Shown here piece by piece: positions 24,866 through 37,884 of a stretch of 64,000 nucleotides of DNA. The notes beneath the pieces are model-generated. The model was not told the DNA's origin. It did not search any database and saw nothing but the letters and a program-made list of their open reading frames with translations. Where the stretch lies: the NCBI RefSeq assembly GCF_018350175.1, contig NC_058368.1:96412001-96476000 (forward strand). Reading direction: 5' to 3'. The translations under genes were made by a program, and so were the position numbers. Position 1 is the first letter of the stretch, and the number at the start of each line of letters is the position of its first letter. Origin of the DNA: Felis catus (taxonomy: Eukaryota).

Positions 24866-25098
24866 TTCACCTTATTTTATGTTTATAGCTTTTGAGAGAA
24901 TTTACCACTCCTTTCTTGAATTACTATCTCCTCAGGATTCTAAGATTTCATGTTCCTCTGGTTTCCCTCCTTTATGTAGAGCAGACCCCCTCAGTGCACT
25001 TTGAAGATGGTTCTTCTTTTGCCTGTCCAAAAAAATGTCGATGTAATTCTCTCCCAATGAATTTTCCACCTAACTCTGCCTTGTTGTATCTTTTATGC

Positions 25099-25299
25099 CA
25101 GTCGTCCTCAATCAGGGGCAATTCGGCCCTCCAGGCACAAATGACAATGCCATGGTTGCCGTGACTGGTGGACGCACTAGCCATCCAGAGGGAAAAGGCC
25201 AGTGATGCTACTGACCACCCTACGGCACCCAGGGCAATTCCCCACAACAAAGAATTACCTTGTACAGAATGTCAGTAGCGCCGAGGCTGAGAAACTCTG
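25099..25299 (+). mobile_element. MER20 DNA transposon
   Basis: cagtcgtcctcaa .. ccccacaacaaagaatta..aatgtcagtagcgccgaggctgagaaactctg termini. Confidence 0.85.
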
Positions 25300-25650
25300 A
25301 TCATATAGGTTCATGACTTCCAAACTCCCCCTTCCGACTTAGCTCTTTACCCAGAGCTACACACTGGTGTATCCTACTAACTGTTCAAATCTAAACTGAA
25401 CTAAAATTGAAATAATAATCTTCTCCCCAAATTTACATTTCCTAATGTTGTCTCTAGTAAAAGAAATGACCACAGCATTTTTCTGGTTTCCCACCCTGAT
25501 GTCTTGGATATTATTTGCATCTCCTTCAAACTCTATCATTGACCAAATGCCATTACTTTCCCTCCCCTAAAACTTGATGTAAACTTTGACCTTTCTTCCT
25601 CTCTATCAAGGTTCTTTATCTCTGTCTAGATCATGACGGTGCTGTATTAT
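25300..25650 (+). mobile_element. L2 relic
   Basis: Pyrimidine-rich L2-like sequence (gacttccaaactccc..ctctttacccagagctacacac..aactaaaattgaa); probably continues 24210-24358 and 24870-25098. Confidence 0.55.
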
Positions 25651-27329
25651 ACTAATGTTAACTTTTGCATAATTAACATGTTCTGCAAAAATAAAGAGGG
25701 TAAAATTACTTGGATAGTATAGGCAATTCCACCAACTATTTTAATTTCATGAAGGGTTGCCCCAGAATCACCTAGAGACGTGCCAGATGCACTTGCTGGG
25801 TTCCTCTATGGGTCTGAGTTCCTGTGTGTTCCTTTCCTGTGTAAACTTCTCATTGACTTGGCAATAGACAGTTTCAGAAAACTACAATATAACCCCTGAA
25901 TGCAAGGTAACCAGCCATTTAGCCAAACATATGGCAGACATATCACAAGGGGAGGAAAAATTACCTATCTTGTATATCTATTTAAAGATGGTATGTTGGT
26001 CTCGAACTTGGTACTTCCCCAGTTGATTTCAAGGCATATCTGACAACCTTCAATGCTTCTGGACTTACCTATTGAGTTTAGAAACAAACTCATTCAGGTG
26101 TGAGTCCACTCCACCAAAGGAGCCAGCCTCTCCCCAACAATTTTATAGCAGCCAAGGTGCATTCTTAATGACAAAGCTAGTTATCATTACCCCGGATAAA
26201 ATTTTCAGAGGTTTCTCATTACTGAAAGGACAAAATCCAAACTCATTTTGGGGGGAATAAAATACTTTTTCAGGATCTTATTCTGGTTGATCTCTTCAGC
26301 CTTATGTCTTACCATTTCCCCTCTTTTAGGCACAGAATAAATATTGGCTTAGTAATACCCTCAGGAAATCTTCAATCAAACAAGATTTACGATAAACTGG
26401 CAGATTCCTAGCATCAGAGACTAAAGTTTGTAACGATAGCTAGCTTCTGGGGTCTATTTCACATATTTAGAGAGGATTTAGTGGGCAATGAACTGGGATG
26501 GAGTTCTTCCTAATGTCCTGCTATTGGACCCAACAAAATCAGGCACCCTGTCCCCTTCCTACACTTTAGCAGAAGTCAGTTAATTGGCTACCTCCCTCTT
26601 TCCACAACCCACGTGCTTTGACCTCATCAATGGAAAAAGGCAGCAAACAAAAGGGGAGAATGAGACTGAGCTGAGCATGGTTTGGCTACCTGGCGTTCAC
26701 ATGCTGACTCCTCCCCATCCCACTAGGAAAGCACATTGGACGGAAAAGGTGCAGGAACATGGAGTTAGAGCTCACATGCTAGGAAACAGGGCAATGGGGA
26801 AGATTTCGAAGCATTTACACATGTGCTCCACGGAATCTTTCGAAGCAGCCACCTCAAAGAAAGAGGACACCAGCACACCCGTTCAAGGAAAAGATTTTTG
26901 TTTCTTTTCTCTAATACCGGAAAAGACAAGAAGAGAATTAAAAAGGTTATCTCCACCCAGGTCTCTCTGACCAAGGTCAAAGCAAGGGGGATGATGAGAT
27001 TAGAGGTTTAAAGTGAACCTACTCGTGTTTCTAGTTCCGTGGAAGCGACTGGAAATGGTGTAATGGTTCAGGGATTGGGGAAGGATGATTGGATACGCAT
27101 AAATACATGTTATTTCCAAGAGAGATGGCAGAAAAAAAATTCTATTTCAAATTTAACATCACTTCAAGCTCAGGTTGTTTGCTAGATGGCTTAATTTACA
27201 ATTGTGATATTTAAAATACCTGGAAAAATCACCCTAGAGCACAGTTTAGGGGGAAATGCTTGAAAGAATATCTATTCATTAAAAAATACTTGAGGTGGCT
27301 AACTTTTACTTTAATCTTCATACTTTTAT

Positions 27330-27940
27330 TCTGCTGTGAAAGAACATTATATAGAGATAAATAAACAAACAAAAATCTTAATCCCATCACTGGCAAAAAC
27401 CCTGCTGACATTAAAATGTATATTGCATGTAAATGGTAGGAAAATACATACAAAAGGCTTTGATACGAAATGCAAATATATTTTTCTATTTCCACATCCA
27501 GTCACCTCTGTACATTTCCTCAAAGGTAACCATATTTCACAAATTGTACATTTGTGAAATATAATACTTGTGAAATATAATATAAATACTGGTTTATTTT
27601 TACCAAAAGGACCCCATATTTCCATTATCAAAACATGTGAAATTTACCTCATTTTATTTAACAGCTGAAATGTACATTTATAATTTTTAAGCACTTCCCA
27701 ACTAATGGACATTTAGTATATTCTAGCTTTTTGCTGTCAAAAATAATGCTGTAAAGTATATACTACACATATATCTTGGCTTCTTCTGTGAAATATAAGA
27801 ATCCCTGTTTCACCATAAATATGCCAAAACTGAATTACCATCAAAATCTTTAAATAATTGCCAATCTGATGGGTTAAAATATATCTATTTTTTACTTTAA
27901 TTTATATGTGTTCAATAATCACTGAGATTGAGTTTTTAAA
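27330..27940 (-). mobile_element. Ancient L1ME 3' region
   Basis: cacttcccaactaatggacatttagta..tttttgctgtcaaaaataatgctg, tgccaatctgatggg motifs. Confidence 0.65.
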
Positions 27941-28187
27941 TGGGTAGAATATCATGTTGTTTAATAACAGGGTAGCCTTTGTTCTATTATTTTAAATGTG
28001 AAAAATAACGCATTCCCAGCCTATTCCAAAATCCCAACCAATTTTCTCCAAATACCGCTTAAGCATCCTAGACACTTTCATAATAACTCACTGAGAATTC
28101 AACATTCAAGACATTAATTACCTAATTGTTCAATAATTAAAGACACACAAGGATAAAAGTGTGGGTGATACATTAAAAAAATGTATC

Positions 28188-28408
28188 GGGGCGCCTGGGT
28201 GGCTCAGTCGGTTGAGCGTCCGACTTTGGCTCAGGTCAGGATCTCTCAGTTCATGAGTTCCAGCCCCGCGTCAGGCTCTGTGCTTACAGCTCAGAGCCTG
28301 GAGACTGCTTCAGATTCTGTGTCTCCCTCTCTTTCTGCCCCTTCCCCGCTCATGCTCTGTCTCTCTCTGTCTCTCAAAAATGAATAAACATTCAAAAAAA
28401 ATTGTTTT
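28188..28408 (+). mobile_element. CAN-SINE (SINEC_Fc, low divergence)
   Basis: ggggcgcctgggtggctcagtcggttgagcgtccgact; several CpGs retained; TSD core aatgtatc. Confidence 0.96.
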
Positions 28409-30337
28409 AATGTATCAACACAATGCTCAGAATGCAATGATAGAACATTAGACACAAATCATACTTTGAACTCATAAGGGAACAACCAAGACTTTGAGAC
28501 CTAGTCAATATTCACATGAATTTAGTGCTAGAGAGCTGAGAAAACCCTAATCCAATAGAGGGGGATTAAGGCCCTCTGGGATGAAGTTTTCAAGGGCAAG
28601 AACGGGTACAGGATTTTTTTTTTTTTTTAAGAGGCACATCCTAAACAATCTTAAATCATAATTAGGCCTGGACTATCAGTTAAGTTGTGTGACTGCTTTA
28701 GTCCAAAGAGTCCAGTCAAGTCCTCCATCTGCAAAGAGTGACCCGTTCATCTTGAGGGTGCTTAACTTCACTTTGATTGCTTTTCTAAGAAGACAATTTC
28801 CATTTCATTATTTTACCTTGGACCATCACTGTCAACTCAACTGTACTGCTTAGAACAGCCTGGTGTTTGCCAGACAGTGGTTCCCAGACCCACGCCTAAA
28901 GAAAAGGTATTTTTCAGAGGTAGTTACATTTGTGTTTCCAGTTTTGTTCAGGTCCAACTCATATACAGCGAGTCCCAGAGAGACTTGCATCAAACTGGCT
29001 GGTTCTGAAATGCGCTTGCCTCAGACACATCCGCAGAGCAACGAGGACCAACGTCTTTTATCCCCATTTAGATAATCTAGTCTCTCTTTCAATTTTTCTG
29101 TTGAGTGAGCATCACCATGAACGTTGTCCTTTATTACAAGTTCATAGGTTAAACTTGCTGGCTTTGAGGAGGTAGCTCCGGCAACCAGGTACCCACCAAA
29201 GAGTTTCTGGAAACATGATAATTCAACCTGATTATCTTTGTTATCACCGCTGCACAGAGAAGAGAATGTACATAGAATATATGGACCATGAAAAGCCAGT
29301 CACTTTCCTTATTTAGTAAAACCAGATGCCCTCAAACACAATGAAAAGTCAAAACTCTATATCATCACCTTATAAATAAATACTTTTTTAAAAAGCATTT
29401 GCTCTATAGATTGGCTATTTAGTATCTCCCGTGAACCGTGAGAAATGGCAGGATTTTTTTTTTCTTCATTTGAAGGACGATTATATCATATTCTCTACAA
29501 AGAAAGCAGAACCCTAAACTGAGTTTGTAAACACCAGCTTCTAGTAACAGTTTGGTCCATTTTTATCACCGGGGTAAATAAATCCTAATTTCTCCTTTCA
29601 GTTTTCTTATTTGGAGAAATAAGCATCTTAGAATAATCTCCAAGATTTTCCAGTCTTGTAATCCCGTGAGACTTCAATTATCTGAAACAATTTCTCAGAG
29701 ACACAGCTAACTAACTAGCCAGGACTCAGGGTTTTTAATGTTTAAATACTTTCACCAAATGGCTCATTCATTAAAAAATGTTATTATTGTCTTTTCTTTC
29801 ATCGAGTTTACTCATGTTAGATGAACACAAAGCATTGTAAAAATAAAAAGAAAAGAAAAAAAAAGAACGTGTATAACTACTTCAAATTCAGACCGTGGTC
29901 TTTAAAAAACATAGTGAAGTTAAAATAGCTTAGGACACATTACAAACTTACCATTTGTTTTTGTCTTTTCACAGCTTGTGAATTGTCTGATTTTCTGAAA
30001 ACCGCATCAGTCAATTTTGTAAACACAGGAAGGCAGACTTTTATTATGATTAGACAGTCACGCTTTCCCCAGGAGGTAATCTCAGAAGAAATCTATTCTT
30101 GTGGAATTTTAAGTTCAAAGAGACCTGGATAATTTTCTGATAAACATCCTCTATATTTCATGTTTTAATCATGATGCAGCTTTTATGTTTTAGTAATTAC
30201 GGAGACAATTTCTAATGACAGAATCATAGGTTTGTATAATGTAGACATAAATAAAAGGTTCCACAGATTAGCCGATTCACACCCTCATCAGGAAAATATC
30301 CAAATTTGTGTTGCTGCTTTAAAATTTACGCAGTTAT

Positions 30338-30498
30338 GGGGCGCCTGGGTGTCTCAGTCAGTTAAGCACCTGCCTCTTGATTTCAGCTCAGGTCATGATA
30401 TCACCGTTTGTGAGTTGAAGCCCCACACGGAGCTCTGTGCTGATAGCACGGAGCCTGCTTGGGATTGTCTCTCTCCCCCTCTGAATGCCCCTCCCCTG

Positions 30499-30537
<39 letters not shown>

Positions 30538-30615
30538 GTGCGTGTGTGTGTGCACGCGCGCGCAACCGTCAGTGTGTGTCTCTCTCTCAAAACAAATAAA
30601 CTCAAATAAATAAAT
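30338..30615 (+). mobile_element. CAN-SINE with internal (TG)n/(CG)n tract
   Basis: SINE head; TSD aaaatttacgcagttat/aaaatgtatgcagttat. Confidence 0.94.
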
Positions 30616-31048
30616 AAAATGTATGCAGTTATCAAGGTTTGCTTAAAAAATGCTTCCACCCTGTGCAACTCATGAAGCTTCCTGAACAGAGGTGTAAAGC
30701 CCTCCTCAGCCTCAAAAATCTATTCATCATGCAACCTTATGTATGTGAAGAATAACTTAATCTCTGAGACTCTGTCCCATCATGCCTGTCCTCTTGTCTT
30801 TAAGCACACTGAATCAGAATCCAAATCAGAAAGCCACAAGATTTTCACTTGCTGTGGCAATCAATGTCTTCTCAATAAAAAAAAAAAAAACATAAATTCA
30901 TTTGACTGGACAATATTTTGGGAAAGTGTTTTGTTTTGCTTTAACATTCACTGTTCTTTTCAGAAATCCCTATTATAGTCTCATAATTTCTATCCAATTT
31001 AATCTTTCTTTGGTTACCTTTTTTTTTTCTTTAAAATCCTTTCCCATT

Positions 31049-31257
31049 GGGGCACCTGGATGGCTTAGTCAGTTGGGCCTCTGACTTTGGCTCAGGTCAT
31101 GATCTCATGGTTTGTGAGTTTGAGCCCTGCATCGGGCTCTGTGCTGACAGTGCGGAGCCTGCTTGAGATTCTGTCTCTATCCCACTCTCTCTGACCCTCC
31201 CCCACTTGTGTTCTATCTCAAAATAAATTTAGAAAACTAAAAAAAAAAATCATCAAA
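31049..31257 (+). mobile_element. CAN-SINE (SINEC_Fc)
   Basis: Head ggggcacctggatggcttagtc, A tail, TSD aaaatc(c)tttccc. Confidence 0.94.
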
Positions 31258-31659
31258 AAAATCTTTCCCGTTTATAATCTCCTTCCTAAAATTTCAACTT
31301 ACTCTCAATATAGAGTAAAATGGTGAGCCAACCCACCTCTGGGGGCCCCGACTTCTTTCATCTATTTGTATCCAGAGGGCAAGCCTTCTTTCAGAGCCAA
31401 GGTGCCTACCTCTCCACTGTCTTAAACTGGCATGTCTGTTCTCGCCATCACTGTTGTTACTGAGGCCAGCAGACTTATTTTTAGGTTTGAGGCTAGAAGG
31501 AGCACTTGCTGACTTCTAGGATGCAGAGCAGATATGTTATCAACGTTCTGAAGGACACAGTTGAAAAAAGCAATACTGCCATGGTAAGTAGCTGCTTAGC
31601 TTAGCCAACATATATCCATCTAGCCAATAATGTTATTTATGCATGGGAACATATGGCGG

Positions 31660-31880
31660 GCCTGGTTTCAAATAAGGACTCTGCCACGTTCTGGCTTTCT
31701 GAGCTCAGGCAAGACTCAAGATATCTGTAAACCTTGGGTGTTTCTTTGTAAAGTAAGTATAACAATTTTATCTACCTCACTGGGCACTCATGAAGGATAA
31801 ATGAGGTAATTTACATATAACATTTCAAAGAGTATTTAATATAAGTTCTCAGTCAATGGTAGCCATTATGATTTTTTGCA
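31660..31880 (+). mobile_element. MIR SINE
   Basis: cctggtttcaaat..ctctgccac..ctttgtaaagtaagtataacaat..tctacctcactggg..gaaggataaatgaggtaat. Confidence 0.72.
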
Positions 31881-32219
31881 TTATGATTAACAGGTATACT
31901 GTAGAGTTTACAAGGTCAGAGATTATGTCCTTGATAGTGAGCAGGACACATCGCATGATCCAAACATGGTATGTGCTCCATAAATATGTATTTGATTGAA
32001 CTAAACTATATTTAGTAACTATTTCTTAAATCATTATTATGGAAATTCCATTGCATATTTCAAGTAACAAACTTACAAATGCATCTTTGGTGTCCAATTT
32101 GTGAATAAATTGTAGAATATATTATTTTCACATGTTTTCTTAATATTTTGATAGGGTATCAATATTAAAAAGTAATGCAGATATTAATGCATGCATATGT
32201 CCCTTCTGCCACACCCAGG

Positions 32220-32445
32220 TTTCATTATAAGATGAATGAGATGAGAACATAACATAAACATAAACAGAACATAAATTAGATGCTCCATTTTAGGAAGATA
32301 CAATAGTGTTAAAAAACAAGAAATAAAGAATAGATAAAAAGAAATACTTCTCTGCATAAAGCTGAGTTAGCCTATGGAACTAGGTCCCAGAGGAAATTAT
32401 TAAAGCCAATAAGTTTATTATGATTCCAAAAAGGATTAAGTGTAA
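32220..32445 (+). mobile_element. CR1/L3 LINE ORF2 C-terminal relic
   Basis: From 32342: KYFSA*S*VSLWN*VPEEIIKANKFI, then after a frameshift FQKGL; matches the CR1-clade terminus KYFFTQRVVNLWNSLP.EVV.A....FKKGLD. Confidence 0.7.
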
Positions 32446-32884
32446 TGAAGCAAAATTTTGAAAGCGGCTTGCAAATTTATGCCTTCAGATTTTCAAAGGG
32501 AAGTGAGATTTGCCCGTAGAAGTGTGCAGTCTGGCATGCAGAGAAACCAGAGGTGAAAAATTACAGGTCCATCTCAAACGCAAAGTTGATTTTGCATTCG
32601 TAAACTGATTTCACTTGGTTAAATACACTAAATCTGTTACTGAAAACAGGCCGAGGCATTTCCAGACAGAAGGAGAAAACTATCATCACTTTGTAGTCAA
32701 AGGACCAGAAATTTCAAATAGCCAGAATGAGTTCTAGTCTATTTTGGAAAGAAAGATTGTAACGAAGTGAAGCTGTGAGTTGTACACAAAGGAATATGCA
32801 AGTCAGGGCAGGGTCAGCCAGGGCTCAGGGTGTAGGACAACAGACCCCCCAGTGATGGATGATCTCCCTGATCACAGTAGGCAC

Positions 32885-33080
32885 AAGTGGCCCTGTGAGG
32901 TGCTTACTATGTGCTGACCATTGTTCTATGCGCTTTACAAACTTAAGAGGCAGCTGTTAGCAATTTTTGTGATATTTTTTTTACCCAGATGAAGGAGCTG
33001 GAGTTTGAAGTCAAATGAGCCTACCTCCCACAGCTAGCACAGAAAAAGCCAGAATAAAACTAAGCGGTCTGACCTCATAC
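32885..33080 (-). mobile_element. MIR SINE
   Basis: gtgcttactatgtgctgaccattgttctatgcgctttaca..ttacccagatgaaggagctggag..ggtctgac. Confidence 0.7.
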
Positions 33081-33559
33081 TATTCAGTTTAGGGTTCTGA
33101 GACCCTGTATCAGAAGATTATCTTTTGGTATAGTTTTCTTATTAATGGCTGCCTTTCACATGATTTTGGAATGGGTATGAATCCTATTATAGATTGCAAA
33201 GTAACTAATTACACAAACTTTCTATGTACATGTGAATAAAAAGCAAAGGCATCATCTTGTGTGCCTGAATATTGGTGTAAAGGACTTCAATCCCATGAGC
33301 TCACTGCCCATTTTGTAAAGGATATCATTTCACGTTCCCCCAGCACTCACAGAAGAGTGAGGAAAATGACCCGAGAGTGTGGACTTTGGGGTTTGTTTGG
33401 CCCTGGTGATCAACTTTCCTGTTGTGACTGAATTTTCAGAAGGAAAAGAAAATATTCTTGGCCAAAACTATCTCCTTTCTCATGTGACTGGGACATTTCC
33501 ATCTACATGAAGGAATCAAATGGAAAATGACTTTAGTAACCATAAGAGAATCTGTCTTT

Positions 33560-33770
33560 CCCTGGGCACTCACTATTTGCCAGGGGCTCTAAGTGCAGGA
33601 TCTCAGATCCTCATAATAGTGTTAAATACATTTTTTTAATATCCTCATTTTGTAAATATAGAAATATTTCAAGTTAAGTAATTTATACCAAAATATACAC
33701 CTGGAGGGGTTTCTGGGCTAAAAAATCACGCCAGGTCTGTGGGACTTAAAACCTCAAACATCTGCCATTA
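33560..33770 (-). mobile_element. MIR SINE
   Basis: gcactcactatttgccagggg..atcctcattttgtaaat..aagttaagtaattta..ccaggtctgtgggac. Confidence 0.65.
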
Positions 33771-33819
33771 TTCTAAACTTCTTCTTAGGTACCATTTAAA
33801 TTTCCTTTTTAAAATGTTA

Positions 33820-34023
33820 TTTTATTTTTTTTAATGTTTATTTATTTTTAAGAGAGAGACAGAGTGTGACAGGCGAGGGCAGAGAGAGAGGGAGACACAG
33901 AATCCGAAGCAGGGTCCAGGCTCTGAGCTGTCAGCACAGAGCCCGATGTGGGGCTCGAACCCACAAACCATGAGATCACGACCCAAGGTGAAGTTGGAGG
34001 CTTAACTGACATCCAGGCACCCC
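33820..34023 (-). mobile_element. CAN-SINE inserted in the tail of the adjacent SINE
   Basis: Antisense consensus ending ccaggcacccc, flanked by ttatttt. Confidence 0.93.
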
Positions 34024-34267
34024 ATTATTTTTTTATTTTTTTTAATTTTTATTTATTTTTGAGAGAGAGAGAGACAGAGTGTGAGAGCAGGGGAGGGGCA
34101 GAGAGAGAGAGAGAGAGAGATGGAGACACAGAATCCAAAGCAGGCTCGAGACTCTGAGCTGTCAGCAGAGAGCCCGACATGGGGCTTGAACTCATGAACT
34201 GTGTGATCATGACCTGAGCCGAAACCAAGAGTCAGACACTTAACCAACTGAGTCACCCAGGTGCCCC
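34024..34267 (-). mobile_element. CAN-SINE
   Basis: Antisense consensus ending caggtgcccc; outer TSD catttaaatttcc/catttacattttc brackets both SINEs. Confidence 0.93.
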
Positions 34268-34577
34268 AGCATTTACATTTTCATTTACAGTTGGCCTTCT
34301 ACTTCAAAATTGACACTGGAGAGATGAAAATAATCATGTTCATTTAAACGCCAGAATTAAGAGGAACACACTAAGAGCAAAACATAAGCTTTGCAAAGCC
34401 CAACAAATATTATTACCATCATCATTAATGTTTAATAAATTATTAAAAACTGTTTAATTAATTACTGTAATATTAAGCTTACCTTATACATTGTTTCGAG
34501 ACTGCAAGGTGAGTTTACATCACATTGAGATTTTCTGTTACTCTAACAGCCACAAGGCAGTTAATAAATAATGCGGG

Positions 34578-34772
34578 TTTTGGGGGGATTGATTGATTGA
34601 TTGATTGATGGGAGAGAAAGAGAGACAGGGAGGGGTAGAGAGAGAATGAAACCCAAGCAGGCTCTGTCAGCACAGAGCTCGATATGTGGCTCAAACCCAT
34701 GAACCATGAAATCACGACCTGAGCTGATACCAAGAGTCAGATGCTTACCCAACTAAGCCATCCAGGCACCCA
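34578..34772 (-). mobile_element. CAN-SINE with (ATTG)n tail
   Basis: Antisense consensus; TSD aaataatg(c/t)g. Confidence 0.9.
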
Positions 34773-34929
34773 CAAATAATGTGCTCTTACAACAAATTCC
34801 AAAAATAATCCACAGTTCGTAGATGCTCATACCAAGTTAGTTCAGGAGCAGATTCTAAACATAAACTTGGGTATTCTGAGTTCAAAGTCGGTGAAAGAAC
34901 CCTGCTTTGTTACTCTTTTGTAAAAGAGG

Positions 34930-35180
34930 CTAATGGGACTTGAAGCAACACGAAGAAAGAATCTGAGGATCCCAAAGGTCCCATAGATCTTGGTTCTAGC
35001 TTTGGCTCTGCTGTTTTCTAATGGCAGGAACATGGAAAAATAATTTTCTATCTCTGGGACTGTTTCCTCTTATGTAAATAGGAAGACCATTACAACTATG
35101 AAATAGAACTGTTTGGAGGACTAACTAAGAGACAGGGAAAACATCTCTGAATGGATTTGAGGAATCATAAACATTTCATT
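34930..35180 (+). mobile_element. MIR SINE
   Basis: agatcttggttctagctttggctctgc..tctctgggactgtttcctcttatgtaaatagg. Confidence 0.6.
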
Positions 35181-35689
35181 GATAGTTTCTCTGATCCCAA
35201 CTTTCAAACCATCTTTGTTGTTGTTGTAGAACGTAAACAAATATCTCTATGCTCTAGGTTAATATGAGGATCATGGTACACACAAAAAATAGGATTTTAA
35301 TGTCCTAAGTTTCCCTGAAATTTTATCTGTTCACTGTTTTATTGGTTTTCAATCTCCCCTCTGGTTTCCACCAATTTTGGTCAGTTGAAATAATTTCCCT
35401 TCCAGTTGTTATCATTAGAAACACAATGTGTTGTGTCGAAGTCCACGTTCTTCATTCTTTAGATTTGGCCCAGAGTCAAGCTTCTGTCTGCATTGAGAAT
35501 GCAGCAGCACCATTTCTCACACCAGAGCTTTCATGGCTACGTATTTACTCTATGGTGCTGACAAGTGGGGGAAAAGAGATTTTAATCATAGAGGTGAATA
35601 GATACGGCACCTGGGTTACATGGAGAGTAGATTTATGTAGTAACTGGGGGTCATTCCATCTCAGCCTTCTGACACATCATCAAGCAGGA

Positions 35690-36500
35690 AGAGGCCTCTA
35701 GCCACAGATTACCCTGCTTTTCTCTCTTGTATTTTCACTTATCTTTGTCCCACATCCACCTGTTCATCATGGCATGTCCAGGAAGCACAATTCTGATATG
35801 TCACTTTTCTGTGTAAAAACCTTCAGGGTCTCCCCATTTCCTCAAGAGGAAAAACAGTCCTAAATCTTTTTTTTTTAATGTTTATTTTTGAAAGAGAGAC
35901 AGAGTGCAAACGGGGGAGGGGCAGAGACAGAGGGAGACACAAAATCTGAAGCAAGCTCCAGGCTCTGAGCTGTCAGTGCAGAGCCGGATGCAGGGCTGGA
36001 ACTCACAAGGTGTGAGATCATGACCTGAGCTAAAGTCAGAAGCTTAACCAACTGAGTCACTCAGGTGCCCCAAACAGTCAAAATTCTTTACCACAGTAAG
36101 TAGAGTCTCTTATGACCTGGCCCTAAAAGTCCCTCTTCTTCCATCATTAGCAATTATGCAACTTACACTTAGGTCCAATGTGAGTGAGTGACCAAAGCTT
36201 CCCCAGGATTTGCTGCTCTTTTTCCACTCCTATCGGATAAGGTCCTGCCTCTGCTTGTTTATTAAAATCCTTTCTAATCTTCTGGGCAGAGTTTAAGTCT
36301 CATTTCCTTCAAGGAGAATCCACTGACAGGAATGTCTCCCTTCCCAGAATACCAGTGATGTGTCATTTGTAATACAGATCTCACTGTAGATCCCTTGGAT
36401 TTGGCTGTATGTGATCAGCCATAGATCGTGAGTTCCTGGCAAGCTGAACTTGGTTTTTCTACATGCGCAGCTCCCTCAATGCCAAACATAGTACCTCACT
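35690..36500 (+). mobile_element. L2 3' relic interrupted by a SINE
   Basis: gatatgtcacttttctgtgtaaaaaccttcagggtctccccattt; atagatcgtgagttcctggcaag; catagtacct. Confidence 0.65.
35870..36071 (-). mobile_element. CAN-SINE (SINEC_Fc)
   Basis: Antisense consensus; TSD aaacagtcctaaatcttt/aaacagtcaaaattcttt. Confidence 0.95.
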
Positions 36501-36870
36501 CATGGTAATTGTTTCATAACTGTTAAATCATTATCCATGCCAAAAAAAAAAAAATCCCTACAATGGGAACAGCTAAAATATTCTTGCCTGGAAAGCAAAC
36601 ACCAGTTGCTATTACAAGGTTTTTTTTTTTTTTTTTTTAAGTAGCTTTTATTCTTGTCTTTAGATTTAGTCAGGCACTTGAACATAAATGCTTTTTCCAA
36701 CAGTGACACGATAGATACCTGAGCAAGGGTAACATCTGGCTGCAAAGAAGCTATGCTTTTCCTAAGCCAATTTTTCTATCTTTCCATGGATGCTTCATTC
36801 ACGTTCAACAGCATTCCTGCCAGCAAAGACCATCAGTGCATGGGCTACGGGAGGTTGAAGTTGAATCCCA

Positions 36871-36976
36871 TTCCTTCCTTTTTCTTTTCCTTTCTTTTCT
36901 TTTCTTTTCTTTTCTTTTCTTTTCTTTTCTTTTCTTTTCTTTTCTTTCTTCTTCTCCTTTTTTTTCTTTTTTTTCC
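36871..36976. repeat. (CTTTT)n polypyrimidine microsatellite
   Basis: ~105-bp C/T-only tract. Confidence 0.95.
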
Positions 36977-37451
36977 ATTTCTCCATATTATGCAAAGAAA
37001 ATTCATTGGAACAGATGTTGCTTATTCTTTTGAGGGTAGTGATGCATCACTATTGTAGCAAATAATAGCATGATAGCAAATTGCCATGATGTTATTCTGA
37101 AGGAAATTAGGGGCTTCAAGCTGACAAAGTATTATTTGACTTTTTTTTTTAAATGTGTGTTTTTATACATCTTGACTTTGTGCATTTCTCAAAAACGTTG
37201 AGACACTTGTAAAGTCAAAAGATGAATTATAGGGCACAAAGGCATGGTGGCAAAAAGCACCAGCATGCATACTGGGAAACATAAATGCTGTTTCCTCTGT
37301 TATGGGACCAATATGAATGCTTACACTGTGAAACTTTCCGTATGTCATGTCTGAAGTCTCTGATGATGATTTCTGTATTTGATAACATATTTTTGCTTAC
37401 TTATGAATAAACAAAAGTTAAAATGATAGCGTCAAGAATTTCTACTACCTG

Positions 37452-37878
37452 CATTAAAAAGAAAGTCACAAGGCCAAGGTAGAGACTTGACCCCCAGGAC
37501 AGCAAACCAAGATTTAATTGCGGTTCCAACCTCTCCAGGAGTGGAATTTTAAACTATCAATCTAGAATTTTCTGGTCATCCCCAATGAGGTAATGTGTCA
37601 CATGGGCCCTCCCCACCCCTCAAAGGAAGATGAGGCAACCCACCTAATAAGACTTCCTGTCCTCCCCCCTACCGGAAGGTGATCTTGCCTGAAACAATCC
37701 TTTCTTTTATTTTGCTAGAAACTTCTTGCCACACCTTCCTTCCTATAAAAATCTTCCATTTTGTACAATTCCTCCCAGCTCCCTTCTACTTGCTGGATGT
37801 GATGTTGCCCAATTCACAAATTGCTTAATAAACTAATTAGATCTTCAAATTTAATTGGCTGTATTTTGTTTTTAAACA
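37452..37878 (+). mobile_element. ERV1-class solo LTR
   Basis: TATA cctataaaaa (~37742), aataaa (~37827), ends ttttgtttttaaaCA; 5' boundary approximate. Confidence 0.7.
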
Positions 37879-37884
37879 CCCTGT

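Noticed and set aside
28188..28270. tRNA gene
   Set aside because: The A/B-box-like motifs belong to the tRNA-derived SINE head, followed by SINE body, tail and TSD; no cloverleaf acceptor stem
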